Below, in pieces: positions 34,849 to 49,100 of a stretch of DNA of 64,000 nt. The position numbers and the translations under genes were made by a program. Origin of the DNA: Trichoplax sp. H2 (lineage: Eukaryota); contig NOWV01000233.1 in assembly GCA_003344405.1 (NCBI GenBank), positions 1-64,000 of the forward strand, given 5' to 3'. The notes below the pieces were generated by a model. The model had not been told where the DNA came from, did no database searches, and was given only the letters and a program-made list of their open reading frames with translations. How positions within the stretch are numbered: the first letter of the stretch is position 1; every line of letters starts with the position of its first letter.

Positions 34849-37800
34849 TAATTATTATTATTATTTAATACCGCATTAATCGATTGGGCTGCTAACATGA
34901 TGAGAAAAATTCTATAGTTCGCATCGTCGAGAGGGAAGTTGTGGATTATCACGATCATAATCAAGATGTAATCTTATCAGCAGAATTTGATGTAATACTA
35001 CTTCATGCTCATGTCAGCAGCTCGATTCAAGTTAGCTTATAGCAATACTGTATATTCATGATATTGAGCAAAGACTACTGGATTCTTTTATTTTCTAGAT
35101 AAGGAAAGATAGAAGCTAACTACTAGCGTTAGCAGCTTTTCAAGTTCAAGTTAACCTATTACAATATTCTGAATTTCTAGGAGTAGTTTTGTTGTCATAG
35201 ATTGTTCATTATTTAATTATCATTCTATTCAAAATTAACCTAGACTATTCATGACATCTAGGTAGAATCGTATCATAGCGAGTAGTCCCATTCAATATAC
35301 AGTACAGTACTAGGTTAGACAATCCTAAAACCAAACCGTGAAAAGGCCTATTTGTAATGCCTTTAGAACAGCACATGAGTTGTTACAGATTATATTATTT
35401 ACTATTATCAGATCGATCTAATTCCATTGGTAATACTGTACTGTACTCTAAATCATCAAGAAATCCATCAGAGACATCACATCACATCATACTGTGCTGC
35501 AAGCCTGATACCTGTACACTCAGTGTGTACAATGCGCAAAATTGTCTTTTAATGCTGAGTCCATTTCATGATACGAGCTTGGCAAATCCTACTGTACGCG
35601 TAGACGTTTATATCATGGATAATTTGACTAATTTCTTATTAGATAGACATCATAGGACGCCAATTGGAGAAGAAGTCGTGTCCAGATCGAGGGAATGAAT
35701 CGGTTTAGGGTTGGGTTATCAATCACGTGAGCAAGGTGGAGTCTCTCGCTATTGTACGCCTCCGATATCTTTCCTATTTGCTTTCAATCAATTAGCGATT
35801 ATCCCAAATCACGAGTAGTAGGAACAAATTAACCTTAAATTAAATATATAATCTTAAGGAGCTGCCCTAAGATGATATCCTTGGAATGTAGTTGTTTTTA
35901 TTTTATTATTATTATTTGCTATTCTCTCCCAACGGATAAGCATCAATGACGAACAAACTTCGTGGGCTCATACACGTAATGAATTAGTTAATAAATAAAC
36001 AATTGTCGTTCTTTTACTGTGCCAGCTAGAGAACAAGCAAAACAAATTTTTCCTTCTGTGGTTTGCCCAACGATGATGACACGCAAGTCTTGAATAAAGG
36101 AGACAGGCCAAAACTGAAAGGAGAGCTACTCCAGATGAATATTTGGATTGTCCTACTGTGCTAACTGCTTCACAACCTAAACCCTTCTTAATAATACTAA
36201 TTACAGTGTACTATTATTCACTATTATACTGAAATGAACGATAAAATATTGAACTTTTACTATACTTCATAGTCTAGACCATAGACTAAATGATGATCTA
36301 CAGTAAACTAAAGAAAGTTCAACGATACGCTTCTAATATTCATTGAATTAAAATCATTCCAATTTCAATCGAAATGAAGAGTCTGGGAATCTTTTCAAGC
36401 TAAACTAGCTATATTCGACATAACACAATCAACAAAGGGATTGTATGCAGCACTCGTATCGTTTACTCAACTATCGTCGATTTGACCATCAACAGCGGGA
36501 ACGGATACATAACTGAGTGTAAACGACTTGAAAATGTTCATTACTAACTAAAAAATTACGACTTATAGTACGCTTTTAAGTCTATTCTACTAGATTCTTT
36601 ATTAGCAATCTGGAGTATAGATTGCTTAATTCTTGCAGCATGTATAGTAGCATGAACGATCAGAAATCACTACTGGTCACTTCTGCACTCTGAGTAGTAA
36701 TCCGACATATGTACTGAGGCATGTGATTGAGCTATCAGCGATAATAAATCAGTCTTGAGCTTGCATCTCACACGAGCCCTCCAGACTTTGATGGTTGCCA
36801 TATCGGCAGTCCTATTGGATAACTTGGTCGACCACACAAAATATGTACATTATACGATAAAAAATAACTTACTTGTACAATGCAGTACAAAAATGAAATG
36901 AAAACAAATGCTTTCAAAATGGATAGCATTGCTCTAATTTCACTTAATAACTCTGCTACAGTAAAGTAGAATTAAACTAGCCATAGCGTTTAACTGCAAG
37001 CGCCTTTGCAATATCAAAGCAGCACGACCCTTTCCAATATTGTACTCTCAAATACTGGATCCTGTCCTTCTTTTTGAATCATGATTGTTTTAGTTTACAT
37101 TATTAGTAGCATTATTTGCCAGCTAGAGATCTTATGATATAGTATCAACAGAATGCCAAGATAAAAATATCGTAGGTAAAACTTTCACAATGTCAATATC
37201 CCACTGGAAAGTGGACAATACACGAAGCTTACTATCTCTTATGATTCTCGGCTAAAGTGACGATTTGAACAAGCAAAATGCCTGCTCGTATCTCGTAATC
37301 AATAGAAAAGAAAACCATTGACTTGTTCTTTACCATTAAATTCTATTCTGGAAGCAATAAAGCTACTATTAAACTATTAATCGTTCATTATCCGCGGATT
37401 AGGAAGTTGTAATTTTACCATCGATGTTCATGGATGATCTGAATTGATTTCTTTGTTCGCGATGGACAAGAATGTGATACCGATGATTTGATTTTTTTAA
37501 AGGCATGCACCCAACTAATTAAAAAGTGAATATTTTTTGTAAAAATAGTGCTCTAACTACGTTCTCATCGTAAGGAAAGGATCGCAGGGTGTTAATTTTA
37601 TTAACTGTAAATTGTCATGAAATTAGTCCGTATTTTCGTTAATGAGTACATTGTCAAAGAATTATCTAAACGTTAACGTTATCTAGGGTTGCCTGGAAGG
37701 GATTCGTCAGCTTTTATGTCCAATTGCAGCCATACATGCATCGTTTTGCATTAGCAATTAGTAGAAATTTTCCAAGGTAGTCCACTGTCGTGAATATAGT

Positions 37801-40800
37801 ATAAATCGCAATAGAAAATTTCACGATAAGCATGATTGATAATCTTATGCCACTAGAGCAGTTCATTTCTTACAACTAAACTGCAGCAGCTATGCAGTAA
37901 ATTCAATTCCTAGTATTCTTTAATAATGTAGTTTATATGTAGGTAAAGAATGTAGAAGGCGTATACTGTATATCAAAATGCTTTGTGTTTTTCAATCCTA
38001 TCACACGTAAACTAAACGACATCATAACACAACATTGCTTAAAAGACGCTTAATATTATCCAAATAAAATAGGCAATCTGTATATTCATAGTGAAAGTGT
38101 TTTAAAGGCTTTCAAAAGATCGACACTATAAAACTTGAAATCAATTTCGAAGAATAAGCCGTTTGACTCAATATAATACTGCATCACAAGTTTGATGATA
38201 CTACGGTAAGGCTTGCGATGTATGTACCTCGATAGAAGAATATGATATTCTCGAACGTGCTTGGTGATGATATTTCAAAGTAACGATATTTAAGCATTAC
38301 TAATGTGCAAGATTCAGTTCAACGTCATTTTACTTTATACACGTATTGCCAGGCAATTTACCTCGTATAGTTCATACAATACGTTGTACTGTATATCACT
38401 AGATACCAAACAATTTATTTATCCCATGTCCGAGTAATCTTGGTTAACAAGTTAAAATAACTAACTACGATGAGATTATTTCAGAAATTGATGAAATCAA
38501 AGTAGTTGTGACTCTGAATGCAATAATATTACCAACATGCTAGATGGCATTAAAAATGGTAACGATTGAAGATAGCAATTTATCTTCTAATACAGGAATA
38601 TGCAAATTACAACGGGATTTCAACTGAGGGCATATCTTGACCAAGTCAAGGAAATCGACATGAACGTATTTTCGATAATCAAGACGATGAAAATTAAATG
38701 ATTTAAGAATAAATGTTGCATTAGCAAGACTATAATACTACTGTACAGACATGCTTGATGATATCATTGGAAATGTGATACAAACTCTACATTAATTGTA
38801 CACGAATAACTTACTTTGAAATTTGCTCTAAATTTTGCGAACGGGAACGATTTCGAAATGGCCTAAGTAAACGGTTTGCCATGAATTGTAACTTACTTGT
38901 AGAAGACGATTACATCTTATGTACGAGCATTCATTATACCTCTCATGGATATTTATTTAGACAAGGCTATGGAGTAGAGTCTCGAATCAACTGCGCTATA
39001 GTACAGTAATGTAACCGAGGCTAGTATGAGCTGCATGGTGCAGAACAACATGGTTGAATGGTTCTTCTGGTGATTATTAATATTCATAAGTTGTCCCGCG
39101 CCAATATGCTAATCTTATGCTCTACTAGCAATATCACCACATTCTATTATAAGTAATAGTAGAATGCGAATATGCTTACAGTATGAAATGAAATGATTTT
39201 AAATACTGTCCAAACATCATTATCCAGTAACGGAACTGATTACTGAACAGGATTCGTTTCAATGAGAGTCTACCTCAACAAACTACTAAGCAATTGCACG
39301 GTCTTTAGCTAACTGAAATTTCGCAACTGCTACTTTACCACAGCTATTACCTATGCAGTGGCGATTGCAGATCATAGAATATGCTGTAATACTTTAATAT
39401 CAAAGCAGGAAATAGAAAGCCTGCTAAAGGCTTAGATGATGCACAATGTTTCTAAATTATCCATTACAATGTCATTTGTAACGTTTGGGCACTCGTTAGA
39501 GCAAATGAATAGAGAGAGAGAGATTTATACATGTTTTGCTGTCATCTACCACTTTAATCAATCCTACTAACTTTACAGTTCTATACAAGTATAATCAATT
39601 TCCATGTATAACTACGAAGGCATTATAATTTCATAATGTCCTTAACATCATTCAAAGATCACAATTTATCTATATGTAAAGGAAGACCTGTGATACCTCT
39701 AATATGATATTTTACGTTTACACCCATACCCGTATACTGTAGAAGAAAACCATTGCTTACTGTAGCTTTACAATATCTGTAGATAGCCTATCGTTACGTA
39801 TAGTAATTAAATTATTCTACTTGCAAAATAGAAGCTGTGATACTCCATGAAGTGATATACTGTATGGAAGCGCTAATATTTCTCTGGAGAAGTTCACTCT
39901 ATAATTCCAGTCAATCCAACAGTGATAGATTTCCATAGCAAACTAACAGGAATGCTGCAACATGTGTGGGTTGCATATTGCTGAATATTGGAATCAAAAT
40001 CATCCTACTTGCTAAATAGAAGCTTTATTACTCTTTGGCATGATATCCATTTGACTAATATCCTGTAGAGAAGTTCCTTCTATTCAATCCTGGAGTACCA
40101 CAGTATAAGTAGATCGAATTTTACTAAGTGCAGGAATAATTTATCAGCCTTCATAGCAAGTACCATCAGCATTTAGAAAGAACTACAGAAAGAATGGCAT
40201 TGGTGATCCATTTCATATGAACAACAATGTGCAAATATATATCTTTATTACAACTTTAGCTATTAACTATAACTATGTAGCAGGAAATTGCATAAATTAA
40301 GGTAAAGATTAAATCATATGCTGTATGAATATACTATAGCTAGTAGTCTATATATACTGTCAAGTCGTAAAGCAAGGGTATCACGACTACACAAATGCGA
40401 TAGTTCATAAAACAAAGAATCTATTGATCACTTTACTGTTAACACGCAAAGAAGGCATTGGACATGAACCAAATAACTGTAGAAGATCGCCAGTTAACTC
40501 AATCCTGCTTGATACAACATTATTTACAGCAAATTAATTTCAATTCATTTAAAAATAGAGTGTATATCATTTTACTTGTACAAATTAATTATCAATCTAT
40601 CATCTAGCAAGGCAGCTATGCTCCAATAATACTTTAATCAATAAAAACCGTTCATTCAGAATTCCAATCACGGCTGGTAATATTCAATCAACAGGTCGCG
40701 GCATATCACTGATGTATCACCAAAAGCCTCTGAGCTGAGCTGATAGACCTTATCACTGGCGATTAGTCTAGATGCAATCTAATGATCGGCTATAGCCGCA

Positions 40801-40827
40801 TCCATAGCAGTAATATGATGAATAGAA

Positions 40828-41535
40828 TTATAACTTGGATTTTGGTGATTCATTTAGTAAATTATAGGCCTTGGCATATAAATCACGCTTAAACAAGCCC
40901 AAAGTAGCCCTAGGGTATTGCTTGTTCTCGCCCAATTGATGAATTAACTTTTTAGCAGATTGCATTAAAATTTCATGTGCAACACATTCATCGATAATAT
41001 TATCTTTTACAGCTTCTTCAGCTGTAAATCGTTTACCGAATAGCATAGCTTGGCGTAAAACACCATCATGTGAAAGCTTATCCTTAAGAACCTGTAGCCA
41101 TCCAGGAGCAAAACGACGATTAATAAAGACTTCATTTAACGACCACCATCCATGGTTTGTTCTCATCACTCTATAATCGTGTGCTAAAGCCAAGATGGCT
41201 CCAGCAGCAAAGGCATGCCCATTGATTGCTGCTACTGTCGGTATAGGAAAAGTTAATATTCTACCAATCAAGACACCACTCTCATACAGGGATTTTTGCC
41301 GTGTCGACTCACTTTGCTTGTTTAACCAATCCAAATCTAAGCCATTGCTAAAAAATTTTCCAGTCGATGTTGTAATGACAGCTTGAATATCAGATCGTGC
41401 TTCAATTTCATCTAATGCACGATTCATCGCTTGGGTAAAAGATAAATTAAATCGATTTTCACCAGCGTTCATTTTAATGATCGCAAATCGATCTTGATAA
41501 ATAACTTGCACAATCTTGCCATCCATCTCGATCAT
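40828..41535 (-). CDS. Crotonase-fold delta3,delta2-enoyl-CoA isomerase-like protein, peroxisomal (PTS1), coding region intronless
   Basis: 235-aa ORF with ENRFN, KFFSNGLDL, PTVAAINGHAFAAGAILALAHDYRVM, LNEV and C-terminal -SKL. Confidence 0.92.
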   Translation of the reverse strand: MIEMDGKIVQVIYQDRFAIIKMNAGENRFNLSFTQAMNRALDEIEARSDIQAVITTSTGKFFSNGLDLDWLNKQSESTRQKSLYESGVLIGRILTFPIPTVAAINGHAFAAGAILALAHDYRVMRTNHGWWSLNEVFINRRFAPGWLQVLKDKLSHDGVLRQAMLFGKRFTAEEAVKDNIIDECVAHEILMQSAKKLIHQLGENKQYPRATLGLFKRDLYAKAYNLLNESPKSKL

Positions 41536-42085
41536 TTTATTCGACCATCCAGTAGTTATAAATCAGCAAGGAGGAGAAACCTTGTCGGGATTCAATGCTC
41601 ATTAACTATAGCGCTATGAGGACCGATCGTACTGCTATGATTCTCAAGCAGAAGCGTTGTTGATATGAAATGACCCATCTCATCACTGCTGTTGAAGTCA
41701 TACTCTGTTAACAAGAAACTATTTTAGAACAGTACCCTATGGAAGGGGGAAGCAAAAATACTTCGTGAGTCTGCGCGATGTAAAATGCTGAATAACCGTG
41801 ACCTACAAATTAATATTTTGTCGATAATCAGAAGAATTGTTGACGATTACTTCTACAGTACCAGCCTTTCTTGATCATTTAGGTTAGCCATTCCTTCTTG
41901 CATACAAGATAATTTATCAGACCACGAGTCCAGCAGGATATCCTACGGATTAGTAACAGGTAAAGTCTATTCGATTGCATTGATTAAGGAAGAAAACAGC
42001 GCTTGTTTACAAATAATTTGGACTATTTCATCAGTTTAAAAAATTATAGTTGAAATCATCACAAAGGTCGAGACTACTAGAGGAA

Positions 42086-43936
42086 ATGGGTAGCACCAAA
42101 CCAACTATCAAAATTGACATTACATCCGATACGATGTGTCCATGGTAAGTTAAAAACGTTGTATGAGTTCACAGTTGAGAAAGTTGCTCATTCTTCCTGA
42201 ATCGATGCAGAACAGATCATTGTATAAAACTGTAACCAAGACGAGGACGATGAACCGTAGTAGTGTAATAATGATGTACGAGATAAATAGATGCAATAAA
42301 AAGTAACTTTTAAGGATAATAGACAAGATACTATAGCTTAATTCATCGCTATTTGGCAACGAGCAATCAAAATTTGATCAACATACATCAATCTTTATAA
42401 AAATTACAATTAAAACTAGTCTATCCCATTCAATCATGGCCTTGTCGTACGATATCCGTAACTTTATCAAGTTATGTCGTATTATCAATCATCTTTACTA
42501 TTGCAAATGAATGAATCTCTTCGGTGCGATTATCCGGAAACTGTGAGAGTAGGCATGATACCGGCTTTAACTTCATCCACAAATCATAATATGAACGTAG
42601 CTAAAATAGAATAAATAATAGTAAACAAGACACTTAAGCTAAAGTCATGGATGCCATGCAACTGGTATTCAACAGTTGATCAACACCTACTAATCCATTC
42701 GATATAGACTGTTGCCACAGTTCAGTTAATTTAAAGCTAATCTGCCAAGTACAATCATACCCTATTTCCACAAGGTAAACTTCATCAGAATTTTTCAGTG
42801 GTGTCAGATTGTATGCCATTTTATAATAGTTGCTTTTGAGGATTATCCGGAAGCTGCAACTGCAATTGTCCCATGTTCGAGTTATCATTGGATTCTGCTG
42901 TAGGACATTCAGCAACAATGATGATTTGATATCGTTGCAGCCCTTACATAAAAAATGGCTAGTTATTAATATTTTGTATCGAATAAGATCAACTTTTGTG
43001 ATGAGTGTACGAGTAAATTATTGATTTATATTCTGTACGATTGCTAGTTGCATAAAACTTTACTGCTATAGCCCTGACTATCTATAGAACCAGTGAATAG
43101 TAAAAATTAAGTGATGAGACTCAAATCATTTCAATTTTTCTTGAACTGCAACTTGATTTTCAATCTTGGATAGGTGTTTCGTTGGTAAAAGGCACCTAGA
43201 AACTGCCATGAAAGACTTTGAATCTACCTTTGAATTCGATATTGAATGGAAGCCATTCCTTCTAAATTCGAATACACCTGAAGAAGGAATACCAGTATTA
43301 GAATATCTAGCACAACGCTATGGCCAGCAAGTAGCTGATGATGCCCGTAATGGAACATCATCTTTGATTGCCGCTGGACGTAAAGTGGTAAATATCATCA
43401 TGATATATTAATTAAAGATAAATTGCTCTTACTGGTAAATATTGCAATTATCGCCAAGAAAGTTGTCATGTTATCTTCATAATTGCTTTGATTCCCTGTA
43501 TTAAATTGTAGAGTTATTCTTCTGTCGGTAGGGCCTTAACTTCGACTCAAATCGCAAATTTGTCAACTCGATTCGGTCTCATTGCTTATTAGATTATGCT
43601 AGAACAGAGAAAAAGCAAAATCAGTTAGCTGAGCTATTATTTCAACGATATTTTATCGACGGTAATAACATTAACGATGTAAAAGTACTTTTAGATTGTG
43701 CAAAAGAAATTGGTTTAAAGGCGGAAGAGGCTAAAAAGAGTTTGCAAGATAAAGAAAGGCGAAAGAAAATAATCGAAGAAGCAAAAGTGGCAACTCAAAA
43801 TCAAATTCATGGCGTACCACATTTCGTAATAAGTTTAATTGGCGACCAACATGGTAAAGCTATGCCATTACATGGATGTCAGCCCATTGAGATGTTTCGA
43901 CGAGTATTCACTAGCATTAAGGGGCGAATGATATAA
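42086..43936 (+). CDS. DsbA-like/FrnE-family thioredoxin-fold oxidoreductase, 3 exons
   Basis: Exons 42086-42144, 43174-43387, 43532-43936: MGSTKPTIKIDITSDTMCPW|CFVGKRHL..IEWKPFLLN..NSIRSHCLL..LFQRYF..IHGVPHFVI..GCQP. CPWC active site split by the first intron; cis-Pro GVP motif. Confidence 0.92.
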
Positions 43937-46130
43937 AATAGAATAAATCCACATGATGCTCGGGATTTTCTAATCTGTAGAGTAGGGTAAATTTATCAAT
44001 CAACACACTACATATGATTTCAGTATCTATAATTAATCATTAACTTCCTATTGCGAAGTAGTATTTCATACTTGATTTAGTATGCTTAATTTGATGACTA
44101 ATTCATATCATCTATTTGATTATTTGTAAGCCACAACACTTTCACTTAAAAACAAACTGCAATCTTCAAGATTAGAATTTGGATAACACAACTACCACAA
44201 TGCCTTTCTACTTTATGATAGACGTTATAAATTAGCTACTTATTTGATTGATGTGATAAGATGTCCGTTAGTATTTATAGGATGCCGTTGTAGAACGTTA
44301 TTTTCATTGTTCTCTATTTAGTATCTATAATAAACTTTAGTCCAGCACTCACTCCAGTGAAGTCTTCTAACTGTGCGTTACAGTAAATCCTTAAAAAAGT
44401 AATCGTAGCACTTCCTTATAGCTTTAAAATAAATTTCTATCACTGCTGCACTTGATTATTCAATTCTGTGCAGGTTTAATATCAAGCTTATAAATTAATA
44501 CTATAAAGTACCGTAACCGATGTTTGCAACGATGTTACTGCCAATTTCTTTAAAATCTCTTGACTAGAATAATGTCAAGCCATGAAATTCATAATTTATT
44601 GACGTTCACGGTATTTTGCAAGAAGTCTCAGTATATTTACGGCTACCTCAACTAGATATTAAGCGACTTTCCTGCCAATGTAGAACATAAGAGCATTCAG
44701 GCACGATCTAAATTTCTAAGTAACCTATTAAAAATCATTCATCTGAATAATCTTGCCGGATGATTGACTGCATGCTACACTTATAAGCGGCAATACACTC
44801 ATTATGTAATGAAGCCTTCTTGCTGTCCTATTCGGCATTATCCGCCACGGTAGCTTTGCTGAAACATTTAAAAGCAAGAAAGGACTAAATCTATTTACTT
44901 GATAAAGGCTTTATAGGATCGTTGTGCTACAATGCTATTAATTTGTAACGATTACATTATAGCGCGAACAGATTTATCATAGTTAAACTGATTGATGTGA
45001 ATTAATGGTCAGTGTTACCCATCTGATAAAGGAAACATTCGAAGGTTTCATCACTACTTCTGTGATGCTATCTGTTTTATGGAAACTACTCAATCTTTTA
45101 TCGCTAACGCAGAATTACACAATCAGTAGAAATTGAACGTTAGGTACGAAAACTATCGTTATCAGCCTGTAATTCTCGCAATAATTCTTATAAGGGATAA
45201 AAGCAGAAGAAATTTACTAGAATTCAGTGTAGAAATCATCAGCTCAACCTTATCCCTATATGCTGTGAGGATTGCGATGAGGAATCGTAAGATTATTTGC
45301 AGTTACATGCAATACTATTCTAGTAAATGATATAGTTATAGTAGGTCAGACAAATTTCCTTAGGCTAAACTAGTATTAAAAGATATAAGATTAGCCAGTA
45401 AAGAAGAAAGAGAAAAGATCCTGCATCACTAGCTATTGTTTTGATCCTTGTAACTAGTGTAACTAGTATTACATGGTACATAATTCTTCAGCAATGCCTA
45501 AAGCACTCGATGTCACAATCCATCGCGCTACTCTTGGCTCAAAACATTACAATAATAATATTCATTCTATATAGTCCATAAAAGTGTTTTATTTATTCAC
45601 ATAAAATTTTTAAATCATGCTAATAGTTCTTTATGCCGCAAATAATTTAATTTAATCTACGAGATTTACCAACATATTCTGCCATCATTAATTGAAGCTG
45701 CAGTCATGATTAGTTTTTAGTACATTTATCTAAATGTATCTCTCAATTATGATTTAAATTAGCAGTATTAATACTCCTGCATTATATTAGTTTGCAAGCA
45801 TAGAACTAAGAATTTCTCCAGGTATTTATTCGGCTATCAGACAAGTAGTGGTTAGGAAGTATATACTCGGTAGTAAGAAATAATGTGGCTATGAATTTCT
45901 TTTAATGTATTGCTTTGTGTAGGATAATTACCCGTTTTTTTTAACGGGAACTTTGCTAGTTCTATTAATTGACTAATAACCCTAAGTCTGTACTTTAATT
46001 CTGGCACTTCAATTATGGGAATGTCCACTTAAAACCAAATGTTACTTATGAAAGATACTGCAAATGATAACGAAGTAAAGTTGACATAGGATCTTCATAA
46101 TCCTCTAAAGACATATTAAAACATTGGGTT

Positions 46131-49100
46131 CTACGACTGTAATAAATTCAAATATCTAGAACTGCTGTGTTTCTTCTTTAACTTAGCGAAACCAATCCTA
46201 TCTTTTCCCACATCAAATTCAGTGTAATAGGCGCGAAGAAAAACGTCACCGAAAATCCACGTATCTTCTTCTTCTTCAAGTTCTAAAAAGCCACTGATGC
46301 AATGTTTATTGCCTTTTAGGGTATACTAAACATGCAGATAAACATCACACACATTAAAATATTATTAAATCGGAAAATGAATAAATAGATCAGCAATAGA
46401 AATACATGTATCGACATCTGGTTAACTACGAACCTGATGAACGTAATGTTCAGGATCGAGAGTATATCTGATTTTATCAATTGTAAAGGTGATTTTAGGT
46501 AACGATTTGATTTTCGTACAGTCTATGAAATTCTATAGAAGGTCAAAATTTTCAATATCTTAATATTTCTATCCATCGCAGTATGAGATCTGTACAGCTA
46601 TGAAATAAACGATGAATTCTATTGACAATCAATTACTATTCAAGTTTTATTTCATCTTGTCAAAGTATGACAGTTGGTACCATTAGGTAGTTAGGTATTG
46701 TTAGGAATTAACTTGGATACTTTAACTATTATTTAATTATTGGAGCGATTTCAATCTGTCGCAATGTCGAACATAGCTTAAAATTCTACTCTGTACTATT
46801 TAACATACTATTGAATAGCAGAATTAAAGATCATACTTGTCCACCAATTTTCTGAGCTCCAATTGCGTGCTGGATTCGTTGAATATCTTTCGAAGGACCA
46901 AATATCAGGGAAGTACCGGTTTCGATAATAGCCGTGCAGCCGTGAGTGCAAAACTTAACGCCTCGATTTACTGTACCGCTATAATTACAGTCCAACATTT
47001 AACAATCATTTACTAGTCATAGGTAGCAGATGTTGTGAAACTGATAAACATATGAATATTGCAGCTATGGTACCTATCAACTTTAATAATCCAACTTCCT
47101 TTATGAATTACATTGGTATAATGAAATTTGCCTTCGTAGTATCTTGAGTCAGAACCACCAAAGATGATTTCGCCTCCAGCAGTACCTTCTTCATCTCTAT
47201 CCAGTAAGCAAAGATCGATATTATATCAGAAATCTTAGAGTATTTAGAGATATCAAAAATCTTAAGAGTATTTGCAATATGCTGTATTGGACTGTAATGA
47301 ATGCGTCTCACAATTGCTATCATAGTCAAATTGTATCTTCTAAAAGGCTTTTATTACAAGTTTTTAGGAATAGTAGAGCAATAATTAATTACTATAAGAA
47401 TCTAGTCTAAAGTATTCCGAGCTTAATGCAAAGTGAAGTCTCTGTGAGCTCATCTGTGCAGTTCTTATAAACATTTCGTTAAATCCATTTATGACAACTT
47501 GATTAATCTGCAATCAGACATGAGTCATCAAATAAAATACTTTCTCTTATAGTACATCATTATTTTCTACAATCCAAATCATTCCACTTAAGATGTCACT
47601 ACTTTTCTATTAACGTCTAGGCCCTTTCTTCGAAGGGCATCTTAAGAACTACAGCATTTCTACCTACATAAATCTTGTACCATAATTAGTCAATAGGCTA
47701 CAATTAGTCATCCACAATTTCTAATATAGTAGTTAGCAATCATCTAATATTAGCTTCACGGTAATATCTATTCAAAGTAACCTAACTATATCAAATGTAG
47801 CTATTCGTAAAATCAAATACGGTGCATCACTACAAGGACAACGAGTATCGAGTAGATTGCTGCATTAGTATATTTTAATTATATAATTATCGTTGATTGC
47901 ACTTTATTAAAATCATAGTAACTCCTAGTAATAAATACCCTACCTGCTGAAATAAAAAGAAAACACCTTTTTTTTTATGAGATCTTGTGCTAGCATATTA
48001 TTTAGGACAGAATTGGCATCACAATTTGAATGTGGTTTATGTCTCAATCCAACCATGCCATCAAAACTGGCTGAAGTCAAGAAAAAACTTAGCTCGTCGG
48101 TCACTTCTATAAATGATTGGTTCTTTATTTCGATACCAGCAATCTGTTTAAACCAATAAAATTGGATTGCTGTTCTTAAATTGCAAAATGGTAGAGGCAA
48201 AAAGAGCTTAACAGCAATTATGTACTAACATTGACAACATCTTCACTCATAAAACCATCAACAGAGCCAAAGCCATATTGCAAGAAGCATTTACCACCAT
48301 CAGGAATATAGGTTATCGACTTGGAGTGATGGTATTTATTATGAGCCTCTAATAAACGATCATTGATGTTATGCTATAGAAATAGCAATCTAGAACTTAA
48401 CTTTTTAATGTTATAGATAGCAAAGTGTTTAACTTACTACATTCTGCTCCACACAGTATTGAAGGTATCCACATTTCTGATGAGCCTGTACTAAACAAAA
48501 CTGTAAACTCTTGCGGTGGTGTGCCAACCGATATTTTACCGTAGTAATAAGCCTAAAATCAATCGTAGGATGATAATTTGAAGAATGCAATAAAGATCTA
48601 ATATTATTTTCATTAAATTGAAATTAAATAGGACCACGACCACTGATGATGGAAAGTTATTCCAATTCAAGAGATCAGTTTTATAAATAGATTTTTTTCA
48701 CACTATTTACCAATTGAACTAAGACATAAATTGTGATGTAGTTTTAACAATGAGTCTAGCTAAAGTATATCCTTAAAACCAATAAACCTGAGACTTCATA
48801 GTTTTTTACGTTGCCTATCGACTTATCTACCCATTTAATGCACATCGAATTAGAATTTTAGATTAGGTAAGACGAAATCTTATGTAATATTATATTCAAA
48901 TTTGCCACCAAATCTTACATCCTTGTAGTTCTTCAGTAATTCGACTCCATTTTTACCGTGAGCTCTTGTATATTTAGCTTCCAACATGTTTTGCGTAATA
49001 CCGGCTTCCAATAACTTTTGACGGAGTGATACCATATTGTATAACTTGATCCTATATGTTGTGAAAAGAAACTGATTCAGAAAACTGCGATTATTTAGAA

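Noticed and set aside
35357..35698. 113-aa plus-strand ORF
   Set aside because: No recognisable motif or splice partners; lies in the presumptive TRPA copy B upstream region.
36660..36835. GC-richer island with a ~43-codon minus-strand ORF, or a possible ncRNA
   Set aside because: No recognisable protein motif, box C/D or H/ACA arrangement, or tRNA fold.
38100..38700. Plus-strand exon-like blocks, possible coiled-coil gene relic
   Set aside because: Translations are short, stop-ridden and match no family I recognise.
42134..43980. Selenoprotein recoding in the DsbA-like gene
   Set aside because: Both active-site codons are TGT and there is no in-frame TGA.
45931..45948. cccgtt-N6-aacggg hairpin as a terminator
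   Set aside because: Six-bp stem in eukaryotic 3' flank; expected by chance.
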